Positions 16,923 to 24,586 of a DNA stretch of 32,000 nt are shown one piece after another; the stretch's first letter is position 1, and each line of letters begins with the position of its first letter. Source of the DNA: Microbacterium phage Nucci; sequence record MN096367.1; one strand, written 5' to 3'. The notes beneath the pieces are model-generated. The model was given only the letters and a program-made list of their open reading frames with translations. It did no database searches and had not been told where the DNA came from. The position numbers were made by a program, and so were the translations under genes.

Positions 16923-17062
16923 CATGCTGCCTTGCCTCCCTCTTCGCGTGCCCGGTGGTTCCACCGAATGCTGAGCGGGCCGACCTCCGGTGCCAGCGTG
17001 ACGACGCACGCCTGGCCGGGGGCTGCACCACAGTACGAGCATTCGAACATGAGTGCTCTCAT
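16922..17062 (-). CDS. Small zinc-ribbon-like protein
   Basis: 46 aa MRALMFECSYCGAAPGQACVVTLAPEVGPLSIRWNHRAREEGGKAA; CxxC...C and H; overlaps adjacent genes tightly. Confidence 0.55.
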   Translation of the reverse strand: MRALMFECSYCGAAPGQACVVTLAPEVGPLSIRWNHRAREEGGKAA

Positions 17063-18237
17063 TTCTTGCCCTTCGCTTTCTTCTGATTGGGGTAGTAGTC
17101 CAGGGGGTCCCTGGTGGTGACGTACCTGGTGCGCTGCTCGATCTCGCTGGTGCCGTGCATCAGGTCTGCGACCGTGAGGTCCTTGTAGTTGCACTTGAAG
17201 CTCGAGCACGCATACAGGTTACGTTCCACGCAGTCGGGGTCATCCCACTTGTAGGTTAGCAGCCTGCGGGCCGAAGTGACAAACGACTTCCGCTGGCGCT
17301 CGGCCTGCTCGGGGCTGAACACCAGCCGGTCACGGCGGAACTCGGTGCTGTAGTCCCTGTGCTGAAGCTCCACCAGGAACTCCTCCACGTAGACGCGCTC
17401 CTCGGCGTCTTCAATGGCGAGCAGGTCCTTGCCCCGGATGACAGTCATCATGCCGTTCTCGATGAGCCACTCACGGAACACAGGGTACGTCGTGCCGCTG
17501 GGCTTGAGCACGCGGCTGATCTTGCCCTTGGTGGTGAGCGTGGGGGTCTTGATGGCCCCAGTACGGCAGTAGTCGTAGATGAAGCCCTTGGGCTTGGGCA
17601 GGGGCTTGCCCTTGTACCGGAGCGCCTTGTACTCGGGAGCCGTCTCGCATGCCCAGAGGTAGGAATAGTGCTGGAAGGCCAGCTCACGATAGCGCCAGTC
17701 GGGAAGCTGCGCGTGCGTCTTGTGGTCGCCCAGCCACACATCGCCCTCGTCGTCGATCCAGATGATGTCGATGCGGCCCCGGTACAGCACCTTGCCACGG
17801 AACATCTCGCGCTCCACCGTCAGCTCCACGGCTACCGGCGTGAGCGTCTCGTGCAGCTTGGTCTCGTACAGCCAGTCATAGCTCAGGACGATGTTGTAGC
17901 ACTCGTCGGCCAGCCCAGCGACCTCCTCCTCGAAGTGCTCGGTCTCGGCCTTGTGGGTCAGCTCCTTGTGCAGCTTGCGCCAGTCGCCACCCTTGCCACG
18001 CTCCTCCAGCAGCGCGTGGACCCAGGTGCCACGGGTGAGGGGCTTGGACTCGATGCGCGGCCGAAGCCCCAGGATGATGCCGTAGTAGGTCTCACGCGGG
18101 CACTCCACGAAGCTGCTGACCATGCTCTGGGTGATCACGAGCTTGCCGTCTTCGGTGGTGGGCCAGGTGCCCCGTGGCCCGTGCCACGCCTTGGACCCCG
18201 GCTTCTTGCCGGTGCTGGCCAGCTTCTTAGCGACCAT
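17059..18237 (-). CDS. Cas4/RecB-like PD-(D/E)XK nuclease
   Basis: 392 aa; SFVECPRETYYG, GTWVHALLEE, YRGRIDIIWIDDEGDVWLGDHKTH...AFQHYSYLWA match PD-(D/E)XK RecB-family motifs. Confidence 0.8.
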   Translation of the reverse strand: MVAKKLASTGKKPGSKAWHGPRGTWPTTEDGKLVITQSMVSSFVECPRETYYGIILGLRPRIESKPLTRGTWVHALLEERGKGGDWRKLHKELTHKAETEHFEEEVAGLADECYNIVLSYDWLYETKLHETLTPVAVELTVEREMFRGKVLYRGRIDIIWIDDEGDVWLGDHKTHAQLPDWRYRELAFQHYSYLWACETAPEYKALRYKGKPLPKPKGFIYDYCRTGAIKTPTLTTKGKISRVLKPSGTTYPVFREWLIENGMMTVIRGKDLLAIEDAEERVYVEEFLVELQHRDYSTEFRRDRLVFSPEQAERQRKSFVTSARRLLTYKWDDPDCVERNLYACSSFKCNYKDLTVADLMHGTSEIEQRTRYVTTRDPLDYYPNQKKAKGKK

Positions 18238-18344
18238 CAGCAGCCACCAGCCCAGAGGATACCGAAGTAGGTGATGATGACCCCGCCGATGAAGCTGACG
18301 CCGATGGCAACCACGAACAAGCTGAACAGCTTAGAACTCGGCAA
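18237..18344 (-). CDS. Tiny membrane protein, possible TTG start
   Basis: MPSSKLFSLFVVAIGVSFIGGVIITYFGILWAGGC, preceded by GGGGAGGTGA with 5-nt spacing; overlaps the polymerase C-terminus and abuts the nuclease gene. Confidence 0.4.
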   Translation of the reverse strand: MPSSKLFSLFVVAIGVSFIGGVIITYFGILWAGGC

Positions 18345-20232
18345 GGGGTTCACCTCCCCAGCATCGCGAGATGGTGACATCTGCCTTGAGGAAGAACTTT
18401 CGTGTGAGTGAGTCATCAGCCTGCTCCATTGTCTCCTTGACGATACGGCCAACCCTGCGAGCTGTCTTATATGGGGCTGTAAGACAGACCGAGTCATGAA
18501 CCGTGGTGATAAGCTTAGCGCCTAGCTCCCGCAAGCGCAAGTCCCGACTTATTCGGGCCAGGCTGATAAGCATGAAGTCGCTGCCCGTGGACTGCACCGG
18601 GGAGTTGATGGCCTGCCGGAAGGCGTTCTCCTGGATCCAGTAGTCCTCGTGGTAGACGCGGGGCAGGTGCCTGAAGCGGCCGAACTCGTTGTGGACCCCA
18701 CCGTACTCGATGGCCTCCTGGCGCTGCTTCCTGTACCACGGCTCCAGCGCTGCGAAGTTGGTGAAGTACTCCTCGCGGAAGACCTCGCTGTCCTTGGGGT
18801 TGATGGTGACCCCGTAGTTCTCGTAGACGTAGTTCGCGAAGTGCTTAGCGCGCATGCCGTAGACGAACCCGAAGTTGACACCCTTGGCCAAGCTGCGGTC
18901 TTCCTTGCGCATCTCCCGGCCTCGGATGAGCCGCTTCGCCATGTAGGTATGGATGTCCTCGTCAGCCTCGAACAGCTCAATCATGGTCGGCTCATTGGCC
19001 AGCCGCGCGATCACACGAAGCTCCAGCTGACTGAAGTCCGCCTCAATCCAGGCCAAGCCCCGTTCGCCGAACAGGTTACGTGTGGCCCGGTCACGGGGGA
19101 TCTGCTGACTGTTCAGGCCAGGGTTCTTCCATGGGTCGCTGGCGTCCGCCTTCTTCTCGACCTTGGTAGGACTGGCGCTGCTCAGCCTGCCCGTAACCGT
19201 GCCTGTCAGCTTGAAGCTGGTGGGTATCCGGCCGTCCCGCGTGCGCTCCATGATGGGGTTCAGGAAGCCGGTCAGGTTCTTGTACAGCGTGGCCCGCTGC
19301 GTCAGCAGGCGTGCAGCCGGATGGTCGATCTTGGCCAGGTTCTCCGCTGCCAGGCTGGGCACACCTTCCGGGAAGGTCTTGCTCGGCTTGCCCCGTGCCG
19401 GACACATAGCGCCCTGGTACTCGAAGAGCCACCACTTAGTCCAGTTGGTGTTGCCCCACTTGGGCGTCGTCTTCTGCAGCCAGTCGGGCCATCGGTCCTT
19501 GTCCGGGATGCTGGCATCCAGCTTCTGCTCAATGACGGCAATCTCCTGCTCCACCTTGTCCTGAGTCTTCTTGACCAGCCCAAGGCGCACGGGCAGCTTG
19601 TTGTCTTCCATCTCAGTGAGCGGCTGGATGGCCGGGATCATGATGTCCCGCATGACCCGCACAGGGTCAGCGCCGGAACCAGGCTTGATGCGCTTGATGG
19701 CACGGCGCTGCCACTTGACCAGCTCGCGAGTGTAGTGGACGTCCTTGCCGTTGTAGATGCTGACGCGCTTCTTGCTCTTGGCGAGCACCTTCTTGGGGAT
19801 GGTCGGGTCGTCCTCGAAGCGACCGAACTCGTCGGCGTAGCCTGCCACGTTGTCGTCTGCCCAGTCCGGGTAGTGCAGCAGTCGCACGACCAGGTCCTTG
19901 AGGCCGACAGGGTGGTTCTCGTCAAGCTGGTGGGCCATGAACATGGAGTCCCACCAGATGTTGACCCGCATGCCGTAGCTGCACATCCACCGGCGCTCGA
20001 AGGGCGAGTTGTGTGCGATCATGCGGCGGATGCGCACCTTGCGCAACTCCCGAAGGTCGCGGGGCCACCAGACGAGCACATCGTCCCGGTCCATGTGGCC
20101 GAAGCCCACGCACAGGATGCGGCCCTTGCCGACTGTCAGCGACGTGGTCTCGATGTCTACGACGACAGGTGCGCCGGACTGGTCGAGGAACGCCTGGACT
20201 TCGGCCAGGTCGTCACTGATGATGAGCTGCAT
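18331..20232 (-). CDS. polA: Family A DNA polymerase with 3'-5' exonuclease domain
   Basis: 633 aa; exonuclease motif VVVDIETTSL, polymerase motif A IEADFSQLELRVIA, motif B RSLAKGVNFGFVYG, motif C-like TTVHDSV. Confidence 0.95.
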   Translation of the reverse strand: MQLIISDDLAEVQAFLDQSGAPVVVDIETTSLTVGKGRILCVGFGHMDRDDVLVWWPRDLRELRKVRIRRMIAHNSPFERRWMCSYGMRVNIWWDSMFMAHQLDENHPVGLKDLVVRLLHYPDWADDNVAGYADEFGRFEDDPTIPKKVLAKSKKRVSIYNGKDVHYTRELVKWQRRAIKRIKPGSGADPVRVMRDIMIPAIQPLTEMEDNKLPVRLGLVKKTQDKVEQEIAVIEQKLDASIPDKDRWPDWLQKTTPKWGNTNWTKWWLFEYQGAMCPARGKPSKTFPEGVPSLAAENLAKIDHPAARLLTQRATLYKNLTGFLNPIMERTRDGRIPTSFKLTGTVTGRLSSASPTKVEKKADASDPWKNPGLNSQQIPRDRATRNLFGERGLAWIEADFSQLELRVIARLANEPTMIELFEADEDIHTYMAKRLIRGREMRKEDRSLAKGVNFGFVYGMRAKHFANYVYENYGVTINPKDSEVFREEYFTNFAALEPWYRKQRQEAIEYGGVHNEFGRFRHLPRVYHEDYWIQENAFRQAINSPVQSTGSDFMLISLARISRDLRLRELGAKLITTVHDSVCLTAPYKTARRVGRIVKETMEQADDSLTRKFFLKADVTISRCWGGEPLAEF

Positions 20233-20311
20233 GGTGGACTCCTAAGTTGAAGGAGTCGTTCAACGGAGACTAATCCGCCTGGTGGAAGCTTTACCTTCAC
20301 TACCCAAGAAG

Positions 20312-20390
20312 TGGACCGCTCAGGACTCGAACCTGAACCTGGAGTGCGCAATGCTTTTGCTCCAGCCGCTGCCTGTTGGGGTAGCGGTCC
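20312..20390 (-). tRNA. tRNA-like element with atypical 15-nt anticodon-region loop (anticodon not assignable)
   Basis: 7/7 bp acceptor stem (GGACCGC/GCGGTCC), 5-bp T stem with loop TTCGAGT, D-arm TA-CCCC-AACAGGCA-GCGG with A14/G18G19/A21 positions, and TGGAG/CTCCA stem enclosing CAAAAGCATTGCGCA. Confidence 0.55.
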
Positions 20391-20396
20391 AAGGGG

Positions 20397-20429
20397 GACC
20401 CCCGGTGCCGAGGGGTAGCACCGGGGGTC
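20397..20429 (-). terminator. Hairpin downstream of 20437-20829, immediately 5' of the tRNA-like element
   Basis: Perfect 12-bp inverted repeat GACCCCCGGTGC/GCACCGGGGGTC with a 9-nt loop. Confidence 0.6.
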
Positions 20430-20436
20430 GTTGGGG

Positions 20437-20829
20437 TCAGCGCGTCGGGCGCTTGCGGGCTGCGGGCTTGGCAGCGGCCTTCGCCGGAGCCTTCTTCGCT
20501 GCGGTCTTCGCCGGAGCCTTGGTGGCCTTCGCGGGCTTGGCCGGTGCCTCGTCCTTGGCGACGCGCTCCAGCTCCCAGCCGGAGGGCAGGTCACCAGCGT
20601 TGGCGATGGCCTCGTCGACCAGCTCGTCGAAGGTGCCCTCCTCGATGGCGTTGACGAACGCCTGGTAGGCGATGGCTCGCATCACCTTGTAGCGGGCGTG
20701 CTGGACGTCGAGACCCGCGCCGTCGAGGAAGCGGCTGATGCCCTCGTTGATGATCTGCTTCGGCGTCTGCTCGACCTCGACCTCGTCGACGGTCTCTTCC
20801 AGAACGGCTGCCTTGGTGGAACGTGCCAT
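20437..20829 (-). CDS. DNA-associated protein candidate with histone/HU-like Lys-Ala-Pro tail
   Basis: 130 aa ending APAKPAKATKAPAKTAAKKAPAKAAAKPAARKRPTR; own promoter at 20893-20921. Confidence 0.6.
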   Translation of the reverse strand: MARSTKAAVLEETVDEVEVEQTPKQIINEGISRFLDGAGLDVQHARYKVMRAIAYQAFVNAIEEGTFDELVDEAIANAGDLPSGWELERVAKDEAPAKPAKATKAPAKTAAKKAPAKAAAKPAARKRPTR

Positions 20830-20892
20830 GATGCTCTCCTTGATGAGTTACTGCGGGTGGATTGTGGTGGGCTGTGTTGCCCTGGTAGAACC

Positions 20893-20921
20893 AGTATGCA
20901 CGACATCGGGGGAGAACGCAA
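20893..20921 (-). promoter_or_regulatory. Promoter TTGCGT-N17-CATACT
   Basis: Member of the repeated promoter family; upstream of 20437-20829. Confidence 0.6.
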
Positions 20922-20924
20922 GTC

Positions 20925-22340
20925 CTAGGAGAAACTTTTTTGGCGGATCCTTTTCACGACCTTCTGGAGATGGTTGTGGTCGTCTTGCAGGGTGGTCCAC
21001 ACGTCCTCATCCACAGTGCCACGGCCACACAAGAACCAGACCGTCGGGCTGGCTGGGGACAGCTTGATGCGGTCGCTGGCTTGCTTGAACGTGACGTAGT
21101 TGAAATCGCTGGTATACCAGATGAGATCCTGCGCCACCGAGATGTCCACGGCCATCGCCACGGTCCGGGGCTGCACCAGCAGCACGCGGGCATCCGGGTC
21201 CGTCTGGAAGCGCTCGATGACCCGGTCCTTGTCTGGTGTGGCCCCAGTGATCACCAAGTGCCCGATGCCCTTGATCCGCATGTACCGGCGCACCAGCTTG
21301 ATCTCCCAGAGATGCGTACAGGCGATGATGGTCTTGCCCTTGCAGCGACGGAGCACCCTGCCCAGTGCTGCCAGCCGTGCCCGTGCTGCTGCTGGCACCG
21401 TGAACGAGTCGCCCTCGTCGTCCTTGAGCCAGCCACCGACCAGCATGCGCATCCGGAGCAGGCGCGTCAGGGGGTTCAGGCCGATGGCTACCCGCGTGTC
21501 GTCCCGCTCCATCTTGGGGTCATGGACGTACTGCCTGTCCTTGAACGAGGCGACGCCCTTCTTGAGCAGCCACTTGTGAGCCTCGAGCACGTCGCTGGGC
21601 ACGGTGTAGCGCACGCGGCGCACCGGCACCGGCTGGCCAGGACCAACCATCGTCACGACGTTCGGCTGGATGTAGGCGTTCAGCTCGGCCTGTCTGCGCG
21701 GGCGCACCAGCTCGGGGAAGCCCTTGACGGTAGACCACTCGCCGAAGTATTCCCGGAAGTCCCGTGCGGTCTCCCAGCGATTGCGGATGGCCGGGTCCAG
21801 GAACGTCCACTGGCCGTAGACGGCGTCAATCTGGCTGGGGTTGGTAACCGGCGTGCCGGTCATCAGGAGACGGTACTTCCACTTGTGGGCCAGCGGCCGG
21901 ATGCTGCGCCCCTGCACGCTGCTGGGCGTCTTGATGATGTGGGACTCGTCCAGCAGCATCATGCCCTCGTTGCTGCACAGCTTGGCCATCTTGTCCAAGA
22001 AGGGCTTCAGCCGCTTCCACGGTGCCGTATTGAACTGGTCGTAGTTCACGAACAGCAGCGTCGTACCCCGGAACATGGCCGGGGACGGGTACTCGTTACC
22101 TGCCGTCAGGGGGAAGAACCTGTAGGTGATGCCAAGCCACTTAGCCGCTTCGGTGCGCCAGGTGGCCTCAGCGATCTTCGGCCCCACGATCACGGCGACC
22201 TGGGGCTTGTGGTGCTCGATCCACTTGAGGGCGACGGCAGTCTTGCCCGAGCGCGGCTCTGCCCACAAGGCAGCGAAGGTGCGACCAGGTTCGGTCAGCA
22301 CCTTCAAGGCTACCCGCTGCGACTCGCGTAGCTGCATCAC
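20925..22340 (-). CDS. SNF2-like superfamily 2 helicase
   Basis: 471 aa; AEPRSGKTAVALKWI (Walker A), LLLDESHIIK (DExx), LLMTGTPVTNP, TFKQASDRIKLSP; GTG start overlapping the upstream stop. Confidence 0.9.
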   Translation of the reverse strand: MMQLRESQRVALKVLTEPGRTFAALWAEPRSGKTAVALKWIEHHKPQVAVIVGPKIAEATWRTEAAKWLGITYRFFPLTAGNEYPSPAMFRGTTLLFVNYDQFNTAPWKRLKPFLDKMAKLCSNEGMMLLDESHIIKTPSSVQGRSIRPLAHKWKYRLLMTGTPVTNPSQIDAVYGQWTFLDPAIRNRWETARDFREYFGEWSTVKGFPELVRPRRQAELNAYIQPNVVTMVGPGQPVPVRRVRYTVPSDVLEAHKWLLKKGVASFKDRQYVHDPKMERDDTRVAIGLNPLTRLLRMRMLVGGWLKDDEGDSFTVPAAARARLAALGRVLRRCKGKTIIACTHLWEIKLVRRYMRIKGIGHLVITGATPDKDRVIERFQTDPDARVLLVQPRTVAMAVDISVAQDLIWYTSDFNYVTFKQASDRIKLSPASPTVWFLCGRGTVDEDVWTTLQDDHNHLQKVVKRIRQKSFS

Positions 22341-22498
22341 ACACGCCCCGTCGCGTGCCAGATGAGCACCGTGCGGATGTCCACCTGGTACAGCCTGGCC
22401 AGTGCAGCCATGTAGTTCCGGTTGATCTGGATCAGCTGGCGCTCCAGGGACGCCCTGAGCGCGGGGCTTACGGTGGCCAGCACCTTGTCCGGGTCCAT
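22337..22498 (-). CDS. Small hypothetical protein
   Basis: MDPDKVLATVSPALRASLERQLIQINRNYMAALARLYQVDIRTVLIWHATGRV; GAAGGAGA upstream; stop overlaps the helicase start (GTGTGATG). Confidence 0.6.
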   Translation of the reverse strand: MDPDKVLATVSPALRASLERQLIQINRNYMAALARLYQVDIRTVLIWHATGRV

Positions 22499-22773
22499 CA
22501 GATCTCCTTCAGTTTCAGGGTAGCCACCACGCGGAACGAGATGGTGTTTCGTATGTAGTCGTCGCTGCTCTGCTGCTCAAACTCCCAGCAGTAGCCAGTA
22601 GGGGGATCGGGGAGCAGCCGCTCCAGCCGTGCGCGCTCCGCTGCCAGCTTGTCCGCGATGCCCTGGAAGACCCCGTTGGTGTGGCCGAACAGGTCTTCCT
22701 CGGTGACCACCAGGGTCTCGGACTTCTTGCTGAACGGGTACTTCACGAACGGAAGTGGCTGCTCCCCGAACAT
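22498..22773 (-). CDS. Hypothetical protein
   Basis: 91 aa ORF collinear with neighbours. Confidence 0.55.
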   Translation of the reverse strand: MFGEQPLPFVKYPFSKKSETLVVTEEDLFGHTNGVFQGIADKLAAERARLERLLPDPPTGYCWEFEQQSSDDYIRNTISFRVVATLKLKEI

Positions 22774-22775
22774 GG

Positions 22776-23207
22776 TTACACCTTGGCCAGATCCTGGTCG
22801 GCCACACCATGCGCCAGCAGCGCGCGGATGTTGGGGCGGAAGTAGTTCGGCCCCTTCTTGACCCGGCCTTCGAAGATGCCGTCGGGGTCGTTCGGGCCAG
22901 CGATGATGGGCTTGCCGTCCTCCCCGAACTTGGACATGTTGCTGCGGTGGACCTCGTCGAAGAGCACTTCAGCATCGATGCCCATGACCACCAGCCCGCC
23001 GAACGCCACGTACAGGATGTCGATCAGGGCGTCCGCCTGCTCCACCATGTCGTCGGTCTGCAGGGCCACCAGGAACTCCTCCAGCTCCTCCCGGATCAGC
23101 TCGTGGCGGACTGCCTTCTGGTCCTCGGGGACTGCCCGTGCCCGGTGCCCCACGGGAAGCTCCATGGCGCGCTGGAACTCCAGGACCTGCTGCTGCATCT
23201 TGTTCAT
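22776..23207 (-). CDS. MazG-like nucleotide pyrophosphohydrolase
   Basis: 143 aa; VRHELIREELEEFLVAL...EQADALIDILYVAFGGLVVMGID is the MazG/PRA-PH EExxE...D signature. Confidence 0.8.
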   Translation of the reverse strand: MNKMQQQVLEFQRAMELPVGHRARAVPEDQKAVRHELIREELEEFLVALQTDDMVEQADALIDILYVAFGGLVVMGIDAEVLFDEVHRSNMSKFGEDGKPIIAGPNDPDGIFEGRVKKGPNYFRPNIRALLAHGVADQDLAKV

Positions 23208-23800
23208 CGGTTCTTCTTTCTGTCGGCGCGCACTACGCGGCGTTCTTTTTCAAACACTTCGGTCAAGTGGTCCACTTCGTCCCAGTTGACCAGGGTCACG
23301 TCCTCGGCGTCTTCCACCGAGAACGGGTTGAGCACTACCTGGATCGCTTCGGCGAACCCGCGTGCCTCGTTGGTGAGCGCCTCCTTGTCCTTCGGGCTGC
23401 GGCTCTTGTCGGCCGTTTCCATCAGCTCGTCGTAGGCGTTCATGAGCTTGCGCACCAGGTGCGCGCCCACGGTGTCCCCAGCCTTCAGCACGGAATTGAA
23501 GCGCACACGCTTGTCGGGTATGTGCTTGAACGCGCTGGTGGTCAGGAACCTGGCGATCTGCTCGCTGGTCTCCTGGCCTGCATCCAGCGCGGCCTCAATG
23601 CCGTCGGCGATGACATCCACCGTCGTGACCTTGCCCACGCGCATCTTCTCGCGGTCGTCGATCACGGCGAACAGGATGCCCCTGCCACTGAACGCCTTGG
23701 CCTCCTTGTGACAGTCGCAGTCGCAATGACGCCCGCTGCACATGGCATGGGAACCGGGGGACTCGAACGTGCAGAACCCTGAGTTCTTCATCCCGGGCAT
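23204..23800 (-). CDS. Hypothetical protein with N-terminal Cys/His cluster
   Basis: 198 aa from ATG 23800 with GGAGGCAACC upstream; CTFESPGSHAMCSGRHCDCDCHKE. Frame is open upstream to ATG 23983, so a longer form is possible. Confidence 0.6.
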   Translation of the reverse strand: MPGMKNSGFCTFESPGSHAMCSGRHCDCDCHKEAKAFSGRGILFAVIDDREKMRVGKVTTVDVIADGIEAALDAGQETSEQIARFLTTSAFKHIPDKRVRFNSVLKAGDTVGAHLVRKLMNAYDELMETADKSRSPKDKEALTNEARGFAEAIQVVLNPFSVEDAEDVTLVNWDEVDHLTEVFEKERRVVRADRKKNR

Positions 23801-23960
23801 GGTTGCCTCCTTCGTGGTTTGCAGGATGAGGCCTTCATCCCAATACCGATCCAGCTCACGCGCGGCCTCCTTGCGTGTGGCCTTGGGGTACGGTCGCTTG
23901 GACCGCTGGAGAAGCACCCCCACTTTGAACAGGTGGTCGCTGTGGGGGTGCTGGCTGGCC

Positions 23961-24563
23961 TTAGCCGATGTGCTGGTCGGCATAGCGGAGCAGCTCCAGC
24001 AGCGACTCGTCGTCGTGGACGAGCTTCTCGTACTGCGTACCCCACGGGAACCCCGGCGCGCTGAAGACGACGAGCCGCTGGGTGAACTCGCCCGTCTCCT
24101 GATTGTGGTGTACCTCCATGACCGAGATGGTCTTGAACAGGCTGAAGTCGCGCATCTGGTTCATGGCGGCGAGCCAGTCCGTGAAGTGGTAGTACGTCTG
24201 CGTGACCGTGTCCAGGTTCCCGGACTGGTAGCCCTCGCCGACGGCCTCCACCTTGGCTGCAAGCTGGCCCTCGCCGGTCAGCCGGTGGGTCTTGAGGACC
24301 AGGTGGGTGTCCGGCATGGCGAAGACCGTGCGCACGCGGTCGTCGTTCCACTCGAACCCCGGCAGGCTGAGCCGGTAGACCATGTGCGTCAGCCAGTCAA
24401 TCCGGTCGAAGGTGATGACCGCGTCGGGGAACTCAGCGACGTCGGCCTGGGCCTGCGCGTAGTTATCCTTGTTCGCGTTGTAGATCGTCCCTGCCGACCA
24501 GGCCAGGTTCTGGGCTGACGTGCTCTTGCCGGTCTCGTCCGGTCCTTCGAATGCGATAAGCAT
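23961..24563 (-). CDS. Deoxynucleoside monophosphate (thymidylate-like) kinase
   Basis: 200 aa from MLIAFEGPDETGKSTSAQNL (P-loop) with downstream VITFDRIDWLTHMVY motif, as in dNMP/thymidylate kinases. Confidence 0.7.
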   Translation of the reverse strand: MLIAFEGPDETGKSTSAQNLAWSAGTIYNANKDNYAQAQADVAEFPDAVITFDRIDWLTHMVYRLSLPGFEWNDDRVRTVFAMPDTHLVLKTHRLTGEGQLAAKVEAVGEGYQSGNLDTVTQTYYHFTDWLAAMNQMRDFSLFKTISVMEVHHNQETGEFTQRLVVFSAPGFPWGTQYEKLVHDDESLLELLRYADQHIG

Positions 24564-24586
24564 GTGTTCTCCTTGATTGTGTTGGG

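Noticed and set aside
18331-20232. Polymerase as evidence for a novel system
   Set aside because: Motifs A, B and exonuclease look like an ordinary phage family A polymerase; Phe rather than Tyr in motif B is common.
16125-20250. Large plus-strand ORFs (331, 303 and 533 aa) opposite Sak4, nuclease and polymerase genes
   Set aside because: Antisense to genes with complete conserved motifs; no independent evidence.
20940-22331. 463 aa plus-strand ORF opposite the helicase
   Set aside because: His/Val/Asp-rich shadow product; minus strand has SF2 motifs.
20925-22340. SNF2-like helicase as part of a defence island
   Set aside because: SNF2-like helicases are frequent in actinophage replication modules; neighbours are replication genes, so no defence role is supported.
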